Position numbers and translations under genes: made by a program. The notes beneath the pieces are model-generated. The model did no database searches, had not been told where the DNA came from, and was given only the letters and a program-made list of their open reading frames with translations. From Candidatus Bathyarchaeota archaeon (GTDB lineage: Archaea > Thermoproteota > Bathyarchaeia > Bathyarchaeales > Bathycorpusculaceae), in NCBI GenBank assembly GCA_963775685.1, contig CAVZJV010000014.1, positions 1 to 64,000 on the forward strand: 64,000 nt of DNA, read 5' to 3'. Positions within the stretch are counted from its first letter, which is position 1. Each line of letters starts with the position of its first letter. Positions 9,765 to 20,517 of the stretch are shown here, piece after piece.

Positions 9765-9801
9765 GTTCTAATACTAGAACAAAGTGTTCTATCAGCAGAG
9801 C
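9765..9801 (+). promoter_or_regulatory. tandem palindromic operator (GTTCTA type)
   Basis: gttcta-atac-tagaac-aaagt-gttcta-tcag-cagagc-taaaa. Confidence 0.75.
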
Positions 9802-9840
9802 TAAAAACAGATAACAACTAATATGATATAGTGAACAAGC

Positions 9841-11106
9841 ATGAAAGTTCCCAAAATAGTCGTAAACCTCTCAAGCTTACCTAATGTTGAGCCCCCGAAA
9901 ATTCAGCCCACAAAGAATTGGCGATTAGGCAAAAGACTCTATATCACTCTCGCAGTCATCGTCGCAGTAATAACGGTTACAGTGGCGCTTGTAGTAACGC
10001 AGGGAAACAGCATCGGTGCACAGACAGAATGGAGCAACACCTATTACGGCGACACTGGTCGTGCAATTCAGACTTCTGATGGAGGCTACGCTATCGCTGG
10101 CTCCAATGCATCAATAATGTATCCAGCTTGGGAACGTGCCCCAATTCTTATCAAGACGGATGCCTCTGGAAAGTTGCTGTGGAACAGAACCTTTGGCACT
10201 GGGCACGTTGCAACATCAAGCATTATACAAACTCAAGACGGCGGCTTCGCTATGTCAGGAACCAATATCGGGCTACCCGTTACAAACCCAGTTTACAGCG
10301 GATGGCTAATCAAAACCGATAGCAACGGCATGGTGCAGTGGACTAAAACTTTCGGTTTACCTCTTCAAACTTGTCATGCTATCCAAACAAGCGATGGCAA
10401 TTATGTCGTTGTAGGTTATGCGACAAATGAGGCGAAGGGCGCCGACACAGTTCTCTACAAATTGAATGCCCAAGGAACCTTGGTTTGGACTAAAACTTTT
10501 GGCGGAAACTCTTCAAAATTGTTTGGCATGGGTCTGGTTGAAGCCAACAGTGGCGGTTATGTGCTTGCAGGTGCTGTGGACCGAGACGGTTGGCTCGCCA
10601 AAACTGACACCAACGGCAACTTGCAATGGAGCCAAACATACAACATCAACACCGCAACTCTTCCGTTTACCTCGATAGCCAAAACTAAAGACGGCGGCTA
10701 CATACTCTCAGGGGGCAATTTGCAAAACAGTTGGCTCTTTAAAGCCAACGCAGACGGAAAACAAGAATGGGTCAAAACATTGCCGATGAATGGATTGATT
10801 GGAACTGCCGTGCAAACCCTTGATGGCAGATATATAGCAGTAGGCACAAGTGCCCGGCAAGCGTATGTTGCTGTAACTGATGCCTCAGGTAACTTGCAGT
10901 ACAATGCTTCCTACGGTGAAGTAAATGGGAACGTAAGCAGTAACGCCCAGTCCGTTGCCTTAACGGACGACGGTTTTGTTGTGGGAGGTTCACTTAACCG
11001 TTATGCGCCAACAAGCATCGAGGGACTCAAAGTTACTCCTCCAATAGGCTGCAATGTTTGGCTGGCAAAGTTTCCATTACAACCAAATGCGGAACCAACG
11101 GGTTAG
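9841..11106 (+). CDS. membrane-anchored beta-propeller repeat protein
   Basis: N-terminal TM; QTSDGGYAIAG...LIKTDxxG..W repeats. Confidence 0.85.
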   Translation: MKVPKIVVNLSSLPNVEPPKIQPTKNWRLGKRLYITLAVIVAVITVTVALVVTQGNSIGAQTEWSNTYYGDTGRAIQTSDGGYAIAGSNASIMYPAWERAPILIKTDASGKLLWNRTFGTGHVATSSIIQTQDGGFAMSGTNIGLPVTNPVYSGWLIKTDSNGMVQWTKTFGLPLQTCHAIQTSDGNYVVVGYATNEAKGADTVLYKLNAQGTLVWTKTFGGNSSKLFGMGLVEANSGGYVLAGAVDRDGWLAKTDTNGNLQWSQTYNINTATLPFTSIAKTKDGGYILSGGNLQNSWLFKANADGKQEWVKTLPMNGLIGTAVQTLDGRYIAVGTSARQAYVAVTDASGNLQYNASYGEVNGNVSSNAQSVALTDDGFVVGGSLNRYAPTSIEGLKVTPPIGCNVWLAKFPLQPNAEPTG

Positions 11107-11470
11107 AGTTGTAGCAAAAACCCCTATGAAGACGGTTTCTACAATTGTTGCTCAAAGGACTGTTTGGGAAGAGATTGTTATATAAGTGCAAACAAGCATA
11201 GGGTGGATACAATGTGGGAAAATGTCATTGGTTCAAGTACGGTTTTCCGATGCTTTCTAAAATTAGAACAGCTGATATGTTAACACAGCTTATTCATAAT
11301 AATCGCGGGAAATCCCACTACTTGAATGATTTCTCATAAACAATTATTTGAAGTAAATTTGCCAAGTATTCTTGTGTGCAATTGCTTAAGAGCAAGCGCT
11401 TCTTAGTGTAATTTGTTGGGTTAACCTCTTGCAAGCAAGCGTTTAGTTTCCTCGCCTCCTTAGTTGGAGC

Positions 11471-11794
11471 GTGAATGGTTTGCAGTGGTTTCTGTCATTG
11501 TTCATCTTTCGTTATGGGTGTTGTTTATGCCTCATAAAAGAAGTTATCAGGGAAAAATTATTCAGCGGCAGCGAGAGCAAGATTACGCCGCTATTAGAGT
11601 TCAGCGTAAGGCAGCTTGGCAAATACATTAGGGAGACTGAGTTTCGTGATCGCTTGATCGGCGAGACTGTTTGTCGAACTGATATTAATACGATTACTGA
11701 TGAGTTAGCAAAGCTTTTTGGTCAGCCTGAATCTGAAGCTGTTCCTAACGTTGAGCAGGGTTTAGTTCTTGATGGTCCGTTAAAGGAGTTTTAA
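11471..11794 (+). CDS. hypothetical viral protein (start and frame uncertain)
   Basis: ORF at the head of the late operon. Confidence 0.4.
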   Translation: MNGLQWFLSLFIFRYGCCLCLIKEVIREKLFSGSESKITPLLEFSVRQLGKYIRETEFRDRLIGETVCRTDINTITDELAKLFGQPESEAVPNVEQGLVLDGPLKEF

Positions 11795-11799
11795 TTCTG

Positions 11800-12054
11800 A
11801 TGCCTGAAGAGTTACATCCCGATTATAGTTTATGCCCTAGTTGCCCCGAGATCAAGCGGAAGATTGACCGTATAGATTTGGCTCTTTTGGGAGAGGACGG
11901 CACTGGCTTAAACGGCGGCATTGTTAAGGCTATAACGGATTTGCAGAAGAAGAGTAAGGTTTCGGCTAGTTGGGCAAGTTTTGCTAAACCCATCGCTATT
12001 GGTGCTGTCACGTCGATTGTGACTTTTCTGTTAACTTACGCTTTAGCTCATTAA
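11800..12054 (+). CDS. small coiled-coil plus C-terminal TM protein (holin-like candidate)
   Basis: C-terminal hydrophobic helix; viral context. Confidence 0.6.
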   Translation: MPEELHPDYSLCPSCPEIKRKIDRIDLALLGEDGTGLNGGIVKAITDLQKKSKVSASWASFAKPIAIGAVTSIVTFLLTYALAH

Positions 12055-12070
12055 TTTAGGAGAGGATTGT

Positions 12071-12256
12071 TTGGAACCTGAAGAGTTTATTGGAGAAATC
12101 AAGAAGACCTTTAGCAGAGCCGCTATGTTGCCTGATTGGATGCAGCAGATTCTCTTAGAAGACATAAACGCTGCTATAGAAAACCGCATCCGCACGATGG
12201 AACTGATCATTCAAGCTAAACCTAAGGCTGCAGAGACCTTGAAACCTGGACAATAA
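12071..12256 (+). CDS. hypothetical protein
   Basis: GAGGA upstream, operonic. Confidence 0.65.
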   Translation: MEPEEFIGEIKKTFSRAAMLPDWMQQILLEDINAAIENRIRTMELIIQAKPKAAETLKPGQ

Positions 12257-12281
12257 CACATTCGAAGGGAGAGCGTAAAAT

Positions 12282-12545
12282 TTGGTGAAGAAGATCCATC
12301 TTTTGAGCATGTCCTTGGCTATCTTGGAAGTTGTGCGGACGCCAAAGATTCTAACGCATATTATGTATAAAACTAACGTTAACTGCAGTGTACTCAAGCC
12401 GCTTCTTGAGGACCTAATGAAGAAGGGTTTAATCACAACAGTTGAGATGCGCAGAGGAATTTCAAGGAAGCATTATGTGATTTCTCAGAAGGGCATAGAT
12501 GTGCTTTGCGCTGTTAGAAAGGCTGCGGAGTTACTGCAGGCTTAG
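12282..12545 (+). CDS. winged helix-turn-helix protein (HTH_45-like)
   Basis: THIMYKTNVNCSVLK...ISQKG; similar to 1281. Confidence 0.8.
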   Translation: MVKKIHLLSMSLAILEVVRTPKILTHIMYKTNVNCSVLKPLLEDLMKKGLITTVEMRRGISRKHYVISQKGIDVLCAVRKAAELLQA

Positions 12546-12556
12546 GGTGAGGTTGC

Positions 12557-13132
12557 TTGTCTATTACTTTGGAAGAGGCTTTGGGCTTAAAGCAACCAGA
12601 AAAGCCTGTTGAAGCAGAAGCCGAGGAAGAATACTCTGAGGCGGACCTTAAGCGTATCCTACGTAGAAAGTTCGTGTTTGAACGTAGAGCTCGTGGAGAT
12701 ACGGTTGAGGAGATTGTCAGTTTTTGTCAGAAAAAAGGGTACCCTGTCACCCAACGAACAATCTTTAGGGATTTGAAAAGTGATGAAGTAGCTTCCCTTA
12801 TCGATGAGCTTGTGCGTGTGCAATTGCGGGATATTGCTTTGCTGCGTGGCTATGCTTTAGAGGATCCCAAGAATCCCAATTTGAAGGCGTTGGCTGCTGC
12901 AATTGGTGCTCGAGGCTTTATGGTCAGTTGTTTGAAGCCTAAACTTGAACCTAGTGTGAATGTGGAAGTGAATGTCGCTAACAAAACCCAACACGTGCTC
13001 CTCGCAGAATACGCCGGCGTCATATCGGAAGCTGCAACTCTTAACAGCAATCTTTCAAGAGTACGTGTTGGAGAATCCTTGGATTCCAAATCGTCCTCAT
13101 CCAGTGACGGGAAAGAGCGGTCCGACTCCTAA
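12557..13132 (+). CDS. putative terminase small subunit
   Basis: HTH (VTQRTIFRDLK); lies immediately before TerL. Confidence 0.6.
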   Translation: MSITLEEALGLKQPEKPVEAEAEEEYSEADLKRILRRKFVFERRARGDTVEEIVSFCQKKGYPVTQRTIFRDLKSDEVASLIDELVRVQLRDIALLRGYALEDPKNPNLKALAAAIGARGFMVSCLKPKLEPSVNVEVNVANKTQHVLLAEYAGVISEAATLNSNLSRVRVGESLDSKSSSSSDGKERSDS

Positions 13133-14481
13133 GCAGGCAAAGTTTCTTCTGTTGCTTGATTGTTTGGAGGCTTTGTTTGGTGGCGCCGCAGGAGGCGGAA
13201 AGTCAGATGCTTTGCTTATGGCTGCCGCGATGTTTCTGGATGTCCCAGGGTATGCCGCGATTATTCTTCGACGTAGCTTCACGGACTTGAATAAACCTGG
13301 CGCTTTAATATCGAGAAGTTTTGAGTGGTGGGGTAAGACTGCTGCTCGTTGGGATGGGATTAATCATACGTGGCATTTTCCCTCAGGTGCATCGTTGACT
13401 TTTGGGTTTTTGGAAAATGACCGGGACGTTTTTCATCATCAGAGTGCGGAGTACCAGTTTGAGGGTTGGGATGAGATCACCCAGTTTACTGAGTATTCTT
13501 ATCGTTACATGATAAGTCGTATGCGTCGGCTTAAACGGTTTGAGTGGCTTCCTCTGCGTGTTCGTGCTGCATCCAATCCGCCGCATAAGATTGGGGGTGT
13601 TGTGCAGGGGTATTGGGTTAAGGGTTATTTTTTGCCTTGGTTTGTTTGCCATCATTGCGGTTTTAAGATGCAGACTGAAGACTTAGACCTCGCAATTTGC
13701 CCTGAATGCAATAGTTCTGAGAGTCATGTTGAGTTTAATTGTGATGAGGAAAGCGGTGAGCCACGGAGTCTTTATTCCCTCAACTTTGGATGATAACATT
13801 TTCCTCGATAAGACAAGTTACATTAAAAGCCTAAATCGGCTGGATCCTATTACCCGTGAGCAGCTGCGTCGGGGTAGCTGGAAAGTCAGTTCAAGCGGGA
13901 TGCTTAAGCGAGAGTGGTTTGTTAACGGCAAAGAGCGCCTACTTATTGATGCTTCAGCTGTACCTGAGAAGGCTAGACGGGTGCGGGTTTGGGATTTGGC
14001 TTGTACTGAAGAGGGCGATGCACCTGACCCCGATTATACAAGCGCTCTAAGAGCTGCTATGGTTGAGGGGCACATGTACATTGAGGATGTAAGGCGTTTT
14101 CGTGGCAGTCCTTCAAGGATCCAGAGCGAGATGGCGGCTTGTGCAGAATTAGATGGTCAAACAATGCCTATTCACATCGAGCAGGAAAAGGGTTCAGCTG
14201 GAAAGAACTTAATTGATCTCATTAGCCGCACTACCTTGTTGGGTTACGTTGTTGTTAGTGAGTCACCGACTGGTGAGAAAGCTGTCAGGGCTACCCCGTT
14301 GGCGAATGCTGCAGAGCGTGGGCACGTGCATTTGGTTCGTGGCCAGTGGAACAGTGCTTTCCTAGATGAGGCGGAGTTTTTTCCCTCGGGCAAGCATAAG
14401 GACCAGATCGATACGGCTGCTTATGCCTACAACATTTTAGCGATGGTTAAGAAGAGACCCAAGGCGGCAAATGCATCATGA
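12972..14481 (+). CDS. terL: terminase large subunit, split by a +1 indel near 13766
   Basis: GGAAGGGKS, WDEITQF and ASNP in ORF1; VFIPSTLDDN, WDLA...DYTS and KHKDQID in ORF2. Confidence 0.92.
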
Positions 14482-14618
14482 AGAGACGTTTAGGAAAAAT
14501 CTTTGCAGGCAAAAACAGAGCTGAGGGTGCGGATCGCTTTGCCGATTTTGACCCAGAGTTTAAGGACCTACAAAGGCAGGGTGCAATTAGGGTTTTAAGT
14601 ACTGCATCGGATCGGTAG
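14478..14618 (+). CDS. small hypothetical protein (46 aa)
   Basis: ATGA overlap with the terL stop; fills the gap to the portal gene. Confidence 0.55.
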   Translation: MKRRLGKIFAGKNRAEGADRFADFDPEFKDLQRQGAIRVLSTASDR

Positions 14619-14624
14619 AGAGTC

Positions 14625-16268
14625 TTGAGTGAGAAAAAATCTTCCTGGAAGGGTTTGTCGCATTACGCTAAAGTGCTAGTTTACGGCAGCGCAGCGAGTT
14701 CTCCCAAGATAGGCAAAGGCGACTTCGGAACCACCAATACCCCAACAGACAGCGAGAATTATGCAAGCATGGACAGGGATTACCGTTGGTTTCGCCAAGA
14801 CGAGCTTGTCCGCAGATGCACAATAATTAATGCTTGTTTTACTGCTTTGGCAGCTGGATTTGAGACTGTCCTTGAGCCATCAAAACCTATAGCGGATGAG
14901 AACGAAAAGAAAGCCCTCTTGAAGAAATATCAGTACATCAAGGATTATGTGGATGCAGTTAACAAAGCAGTAAACTTTGACCAGGTTCTATTTGTAGCCC
15001 AAATTAAACGCAGCATCTTTGGGAAATGCGGGTTTGAGATCGTGTTTAAAACCGACGGCAAAACTCCTGCATACCTCATCAGCCTTCAGAGCCCAAAGTT
15101 AACTCCCAAGAAAAACAAGGATTGGGAGCTCACCGGCTTCAAATACACCGGCATCAAAGAAGGTTACAACGTCGATGAAGTCTTATATTTTGTCAATACT
15201 CAACTCGAGAACGATTTCTTGGGTTTAAGCGATGTTGAACCCATCCGTTCAACCTGCAAAGCCCGAAATTACTTGCTCGACAAAGATTTCCCCGAGATTA
15301 CCCGTCGGCTTTGGGCACCCTATACGCTACTCGAAGCAGATACAGCCGATATGCCCGATGATGATGAAACCGCTTTTCTTAAGGATCTGGCAAAGATCGC
15401 TGAAGCGGGCAAGAGCACTGCAATTAACAAATCTGTCACAGCCCAAGTGGTTGAGTTCCGCATTAACTTAGGAGGGCTTGTGCAGTTGATGGACAAGCTT
15501 GAAGAAGGGGTTATTCGAGCGTATGGAACGCCACGTTTTCTAATTAACAAGACGCCTGAGAACAGGGCAACAGCTTATGTTGAATTTGAAGCCTATGTTG
15601 AGGGGGTTATCAAGCCTAATCAGCGTTACTTCAAGCGAGCTCTCGAATCTGAGATGTGGTATGATCGGCTAGCACGGCTTGCCATGGAAGAGAAGGGTGA
15701 GAAAATTGCTAAAGGTGTTGCTCTTCCGGTCAAGGTTAAGCAAAATTTCAAGCCAGTTAAAGCCTCTGACATCTACGCCATGGCAGTAGCAGTTGCAAGT
15801 CTCTATGGTAACGGCAGCGGCGTTCTGGCCGAGTTCCCCGAGATTGCTTTTGAGATGATGAATTGGGACCAAGAGTTGCTAAAGGCAAAAGAAAAGGCTC
15901 CACTGCCGCCCGGAAAAGCCGTGGTTGTTAAGGGGAAGATAAGAAGGGGAAATATGAGGAGTACATTATCCGTCGTCGATTGCCTGCAGCTCATCAGCAC
16001 AGTTGATGCCATAGATGTCCTTGAAGCTTTCAAGCGGATCCCCGACCAATTTAGGGGTTATGCCTTCTTTGGCTCTGATGACCGCTGGCTATACATTAAA
16101 TCTGGCAATCCGAACCTTTGCGAGAACTGTTCGGGCTACGATGGTGAAGTCTTCTACGGAGATAGCCTTTGCTCCGAGTTTCCATATCTGCGAATTATTG
16201 ATGAGAACACGATTAACCCCAATGTTCACCCACATTGTGAATGTCTTCTGATTCGGGTTCCAGCTTAA
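14625..16268 (+). CDS. portal protein with C-terminal MuF-like (head morphogenesis) segment
   Basis: Position after TerL; FGKCGFEI, GLSDVEP, AYGTPRFL..NRATA; terminal CENC...HPHCEC. Confidence 0.8.
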   Translation: MSEKKSSWKGLSHYAKVLVYGSAASSPKIGKGDFGTTNTPTDSENYASMDRDYRWFRQDELVRRCTIINACFTALAAGFETVLEPSKPIADENEKKALLKKYQYIKDYVDAVNKAVNFDQVLFVAQIKRSIFGKCGFEIVFKTDGKTPAYLISLQSPKLTPKKNKDWELTGFKYTGIKEGYNVDEVLYFVNTQLENDFLGLSDVEPIRSTCKARNYLLDKDFPEITRRLWAPYTLLEADTADMPDDDETAFLKDLAKIAEAGKSTAINKSVTAQVVEFRINLGGLVQLMDKLEEGVIRAYGTPRFLINKTPENRATAYVEFEAYVEGVIKPNQRYFKRALESEMWYDRLARLAMEEKGEKIAKGVALPVKVKQNFKPVKASDIYAMAVAVASLYGNGSGVLAEFPEIAFEMMNWDQELLKAKEKAPLPPGKAVVVKGKIRRGNMRSTLSVVDCLQLISTVDAIDVLEAFKRIPDQFRGYAFFGSDDRWLYIKSGNPNLCENCSGYDGEVFYGDSLCSEFPYLRIIDENTINPNVHPHCECLLIRVPA

Positions 16269-16298
16269 CAGATTGAACAGTAAAAGAGGTAATATTAT

Positions 16299-17348
16299 TT
16301 GTCTAAACAGCATAGTCATGAATTAGTCTTCATTGCTGGTTTACACCGGCTTGATGCTGCCAATAAGAAGGCAGTTTTCTACTTGATGAATACCAGCCGG
16401 AACCGTAACCGCTGGGGCGTCACGCAGAAAGCTCTCGACGAAGCTTTGCCTTCGCTGTTAAAGAAGCCCTTGGGCATGGGTAAGGATTACAAGCTGGGGC
16501 ATTTTGCAGACGATGAATGCATGAATGTTGGGTTGTTTTCGGCTTTTGAGAACAAAGGCAACTATGCATTGGGCACTGTCGATTTAACCGATGATAAAGC
16601 CTTAGCTATGCTTGAATCTGGCGAGTTGGGACCGATTAGTTCTGTCATCCTTCCCTATTATGATACTTGCAGCGCTTGTGGTGAAGTTTTGGAGACTGAC
16701 TGGGAAAATCACCCTTGCATAGCCCAGAATAGGGGTTTCTCAGAAGTGCAGTCTTTTGAGTTTCACCGCTTTGATTTTGTTGACGTTCCAGCGTATCCGC
16801 AGGCAGGCTTCATGAATTTTGCCTCCAAACGAGAGGACAAGAGCGTGCCTCTTACGCTTCTGGCAAGCGTCTACAACAATTCACGATCTCCAATTTTACA
16901 GGAGCAAAATAAAGTGTCCGAAAAACAAGAGAATGAAAAAATATCGGCACTTGAGCAGAGGGCAACCAAAGCCGAAGCTGACCTCAAAAAAGCACAAGAC
17001 GACGCATCAGCCAACGCGACTAAAGTCAATGAGCTCAGTGCAGAACTCAAAGCAATCAAAGATGAAAAACACGCTGGCCTGGTAGAGCAAGCCTACAGGG
17101 CGCGTGTGGAAGCTGGCATTGCAGACCAAGAGAAGGCAGATAGAGAGATGCTTGCTGCGTTAGATGACAAGAACTTGAAGCTTTTCTTTGTTGAGGCTGT
17201 GAAAATCGCTAAAGTTGTTTCTACTCAAGGGCATCAATCCCCCAAAAACAAGTATCAAGCGGGTGAGGAAGATGAGCTTGCAGCTGCAGTCGCAGCCAAA
17301 AGAGCAGAGCTTGGCTTACCCGAAATAAAAAAACAGGAGAAAAAATAA
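16299..17348 (+). CDS. prohead protease/scaffold protein
   Basis: NRNRW, CSACG, DFVDVPAYPQA plus coiled-coil C-terminus. Confidence 0.75.
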   Translation: MSKQHSHELVFIAGLHRLDAANKKAVFYLMNTSRNRNRWGVTQKALDEALPSLLKKPLGMGKDYKLGHFADDECMNVGLFSAFENKGNYALGTVDLTDDKALAMLESGELGPISSVILPYYDTCSACGEVLETDWENHPCIAQNRGFSEVQSFEFHRFDFVDVPAYPQAGFMNFASKREDKSVPLTLLASVYNNSRSPILQEQNKVSEKQENEKISALEQRATKAEADLKKAQDDASANATKVNELSAELKAIKDEKHAGLVEQAYRARVEAGIADQEKADREMLAALDDKNLKLFFVEAVKIAKVVSTQGHQSPKNKYQAGEEDELAAAVAAKRAELGLPEIKKQEKK

Positions 17349-17349
17349 T

Positions 17350-17808
17350 TTGACGTTAGGAGATTATGGACTCAAATCAGCTCTTCTTGTAGTTGAAAAA
17401 ATGACCATGAAGAGCAACACAGACGCGGTAAAGGGCAAACTCTACGCTGACGACGGCGCAGGCTTAGTTCTCGCAACCGCTGCCCTAGCTGCAGTGACAA
17501 AGGTTGTTATGGCAAACGAAGATCACGACTACAGCGAAGAAACAGACCACGACATCAGCGTAACCGTAGTGGGCTTGGTTGAATGCGCAAAAGTCGCAGG
17601 CTCCGGCTTAGCACGCAAAGGCGACAAAATCATGATTTCCGCAACCGCAGGAGAATGCACCAAATTCGTTGCGGGCAATGTTACTGCTACAGTCAACGAA
17701 TCTACAGTTGAAGCAGCTAACCTAGTTAACCTTGGCAAGATCGGCACAGCCTACGAAACCTCAGCCGACGCAGATACCACACAGAAAATGTGGTTAGGAG
17801 TCTTTTAG
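17350..17808 (+). CDS. capsid decoration/cement protein (putative)
   Basis: Small G/A/T-rich beta protein between protease and MCP. Confidence 0.6.
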   Translation: MTLGDYGLKSALLVVEKMTMKSNTDAVKGKLYADDGAGLVLATAALAAVTKVVMANEDHDYSEETDHDISVTVVGLVECAKVAGSGLARKGDKIMISATAGECTKFVAGNVTATVNESTVEAANLVNLGKIGTAYETSADADTTQKMWLGVF

Positions 17809-17809
17809 T

Positions 17810-18763
17810 ATGTCTCATCCAATCAGGGTTTTTAAATCCGCTGTAGACGGCAAATTCTACAAAGCAAACTACACAGAACGTGGAAGAAACGCAAGCTTAA
17901 CTGCAGGCGGAATAGTTTCCCCAAGCGATGTTGAAGCAGTCGAAGCCGTAACAATCCTAGAACAAGTCTTAGGCTACGCATGGCCCAACTACAACTTGAG
18001 ATCGATCTGCCGCACTATCCAGATGGATAACCTGCAGGAACGCATCGACATCGCAACCAAATCAACAGGTCAACGCAAAGTTAAGCCAATGCAGGAAGCG
18101 GAGATCAGCAAAGACGCATTCGCACCAGTAAACTTTGACCTATGGAAAAACGTTGTGCACGTTGCAGTCGCAGATGAGGCAGGCATGAAATCAGCGCATA
18201 ACATCCTGCAGCTCCAAACTGAAGCTGCTGGCAGAGATCTAGGTCGCATGGAAAACCTCGACATCAAAGACATCGCCGAAGCCTGCACAGAAAAAACATC
18301 CAGCACCCCATACGTGGATTGGGCAGCAAAGACAAGCGGCATTAGCACAAACGACCCCTTCGACGCTATCATTCCCGCAATCGATTACATCCAAGGCAAA
18401 GGCTGGCCCGTTGACTTCATGGCACTACACCCCACGATCTACAGCAAATTCATCCGCAACACACACGTCAGAGAATTAGTTCATGCAGGCATTGCGAGTT
18501 TGGGTCCAAACGGCGGCGCCTTCACATTGCCAGGTTACCCAACCATCAAAGTTGTCACCGACTTTGCATTAACAGAAACTCCAGATGCAACTCATGGTCC
18601 ACTTGTTGGCAGTTCAGTTGCTCCAGGCTTAGTTTTCGGTGAAGGCCCAACGATGGCAGCGCAGTACAGAGACGAAGCCAAAGGCTTTGAAGGCTACATC
18701 ATCCGCAAATGGCAAGAGCCTAAAGTAGTCATACAAGATGCTCTCACAAAAATCTGCACCTAA
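17810..18763 (+). CDS. major capsid protein (HK97-like)
   Basis: Size, position, and backbone-helix/P-domain-like pattern (VADEA...AAGRDLGRMEN; MALHPTIY). Confidence 0.8.
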   Translation: MSHPIRVFKSAVDGKFYKANYTERGRNASLTAGGIVSPSDVEAVEAVTILEQVLGYAWPNYNLRSICRTIQMDNLQERIDIATKSTGQRKVKPMQEAEISKDAFAPVNFDLWKNVVHVAVADEAGMKSAHNILQLQTEAAGRDLGRMENLDIKDIAEACTEKTSSTPYVDWAAKTSGISTNDPFDAIIPAIDYIQGKGWPVDFMALHPTIYSKFIRNTHVRELVHAGIASLGPNGGAFTLPGYPTIKVVTDFALTETPDATHGPLVGSSVAPGLVFGEGPTMAAQYRDEAKGFEGYIIRKWQEPKVVIQDALTKICT

Positions 18764-18819
18764 ACAATCCTTTTGCAAACCAATAGTCATTAGGCTTTAG
18801 CATAAAAAATTTTTGAGCT

Positions 18820-20073
18820 TCATTTTTTTCTTTTCCTTGATCTTCTTAGCATTAGAATAATCACTGTCACGCAAGTAAGAATGATAATCGAAATACCTGT
18901 TATAAGTAACGGAAGGTTGAATGGTGGAGGAGAGCCAAAAGCTACTAGATATCCAGCTTCAGTTCCTACGCAGAGAATTCCGTCTGCTGCAGCAAAGGAA
19001 CTCACAAATTCGCCTATAGGGTAACGCCATATTACATATCCCGTAGAGCAGTTAAAGGCATAAAAGTCCAAGCTGTTTGAGCTTATGTAGACTACGCCGT
19101 CAACAACTGCAGGTGACGAAGCTACAGGGTACCCCGTATAGTAACTCCATATCTCGGATCCGGTGGTCGCATTGAGAGCATACATATTATCGTTTCCCGA
19201 ACCCACATAAACCACACCGTTGAAAATAGAGGGAGACGAAGTATCAAACCCACCAGTTCGATAATTCCAAATTTTGACGCCCGTTGTAGCATTTAAGGCA
19301 TAGATGTTTCCATCGTTGGAACCAAAATACACAATTCCATTTGATATGGCAGGAGAAGTTTCCGCAAAGCTTCCAGTGGTATAGTTCCAAACTTTATTGC
19401 CATTTGTAGCATTTAGAGCATAAATGTTAAAGTCAAGCGAGCAAGTGTAGATAATTCCTTCCGAAAAAGCAGGAGGTGACAAGCCTGGAATGTCGCTAGT
19501 CCATATTTGATTGCCGTTTGTGGCATTCAAAGCATAAACAACATGACCATTATTATCAAAAAGGATTCCGTTGACAACCGTTGGAGACGTACCACCATTA
19601 GCAGTATTGTTCCAAAGTGAATGACCATTTGAGGCGTCTAATGCTCCCACATAATGATTAGAGCTGAAATATACCACTCCATTGAGAACTACGGGGGTGC
19701 CTATGTTGTCAGATGAGTTATCTTGATAATCCCAGATTAATGCTCCATTGAAAGCCTTAAAAGCATAAACATCAGCCCAAGTAATTGGATTATATGCATT
19801 ATCCCCAACAAAACTGGCACCAACATAAACTACGCCGTCGACGATTGTGGGGGCGCTCCAAAAGTTCGCAAAATTTTTCGTTTGCCAAAGCACGTGTGAA
19901 GTAAGCACTGGATTACCAGTTCCCACTCCACTATGGGAAGGGTCGCCCTGAAACATTGGCCAATTTCCTGATGTTTGCTGGGCAAGCCCAAATTTAGGCA
20001 TAGTTATACTTGCACTTAAAACAACAAGTGTTAAAGCCAAAACTAATGCGAAGCTCTGGTTAAGGTTGCCCAT
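18820..20073 (-). CDS. PQQ/BamB-like beta-propeller surface protein (cargo, antisense)
   Basis: WPMFQGDPSHSG; SSPA..GVVY.GS.D..YALNATTG..IW repeats; signal peptide and C-terminal TM. Confidence 0.92.
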   Translation of the reverse strand: MGNLNQSFALVLALTLVVLSASITMPKFGLAQQTSGNWPMFQGDPSHSGVGTGNPVLTSHVLWQTKNFANFWSAPTIVDGVVYVGASFVGDNAYNPITWADVYAFKAFNGALIWDYQDNSSDNIGTPVVLNGVVYFSSNHYVGALDASNGHSLWNNTANGGTSPTVVNGILFDNNGHVVYALNATNGNQIWTSDIPGLSPPAFSEGIIYTCSLDFNIYALNATNGNKVWNYTTGSFAETSPAISNGIVYFGSNDGNIYALNATTGVKIWNYRTGGFDTSSPSIFNGVVYVGSGNDNMYALNATTGSEIWSYYTGYPVASSPAVVDGVVYISSNSLDFYAFNCSTGYVIWRYPIGEFVSSFAAADGILCVGTEAGYLVAFGSPPPFNLPLLITGISIIILTCVTVIILMLRRSRKRKK

Positions 20074-20160
20074 GTTTATGCAGTTGATTTAATCTGATAT
20101 AATGTTTCCCTAATTCAAACTCCAATTAGATTAACTTAAGCTTGAGCAAAAAGTGATATC

Positions 20161-20511
20161 ATGTCTACCCTAAGGTATGGTTCTTTGGCGAATGTTCAAG
20201 TTATGGCAGCCGTGACTGTAAATGATGGCGTGAGCTCTGCCGATACGGAGTTAACTATGTATTTGGGTAAGGCCTGCGATTTCATTAACGACTCCCTCAA
20301 GGGATTTGTGTCGGTACCGCTGGATCCTGTGCCTGCAGTTGTGGATACGATTGCAGAGTTCTACGCTTCGGGGCTCTATCTTGCCCGAAACAATCTTCCT
20401 GACGGCCAGACGCAGCATCCCAACGTGGTCTTGGCAGAAAAGAAGCTGGCTGAGTATAGGGCAAGTCTTCGCCGAGGCTACAAACTGTTTAGTAACGCTG
20501 AAGAGGAGTAA
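20161..20511 (+). CDS. head-tail adaptor
   Basis: Position; YLGKACDFINDSLKG...VPLDPVPAVV pattern. Confidence 0.7.
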   Translation: MSTLRYGSLANVQVMAAVTVNDGVSSADTELTMYLGKACDFINDSLKGFVSVPLDPVPAVVDTIAEFYASGLYLARNNLPDGQTQHPNVVLAEKKLAEYRASLRRGYKLFSNAEEE

Positions 20512-20517
20512 GGCGCC

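Noticed and set aside
13636-13770. Intein or intron in terL
   Set aside because: No intein terminal motifs or bulge-helix-bulge seen; explained by a Zn ribbon plus a 1-bp indel
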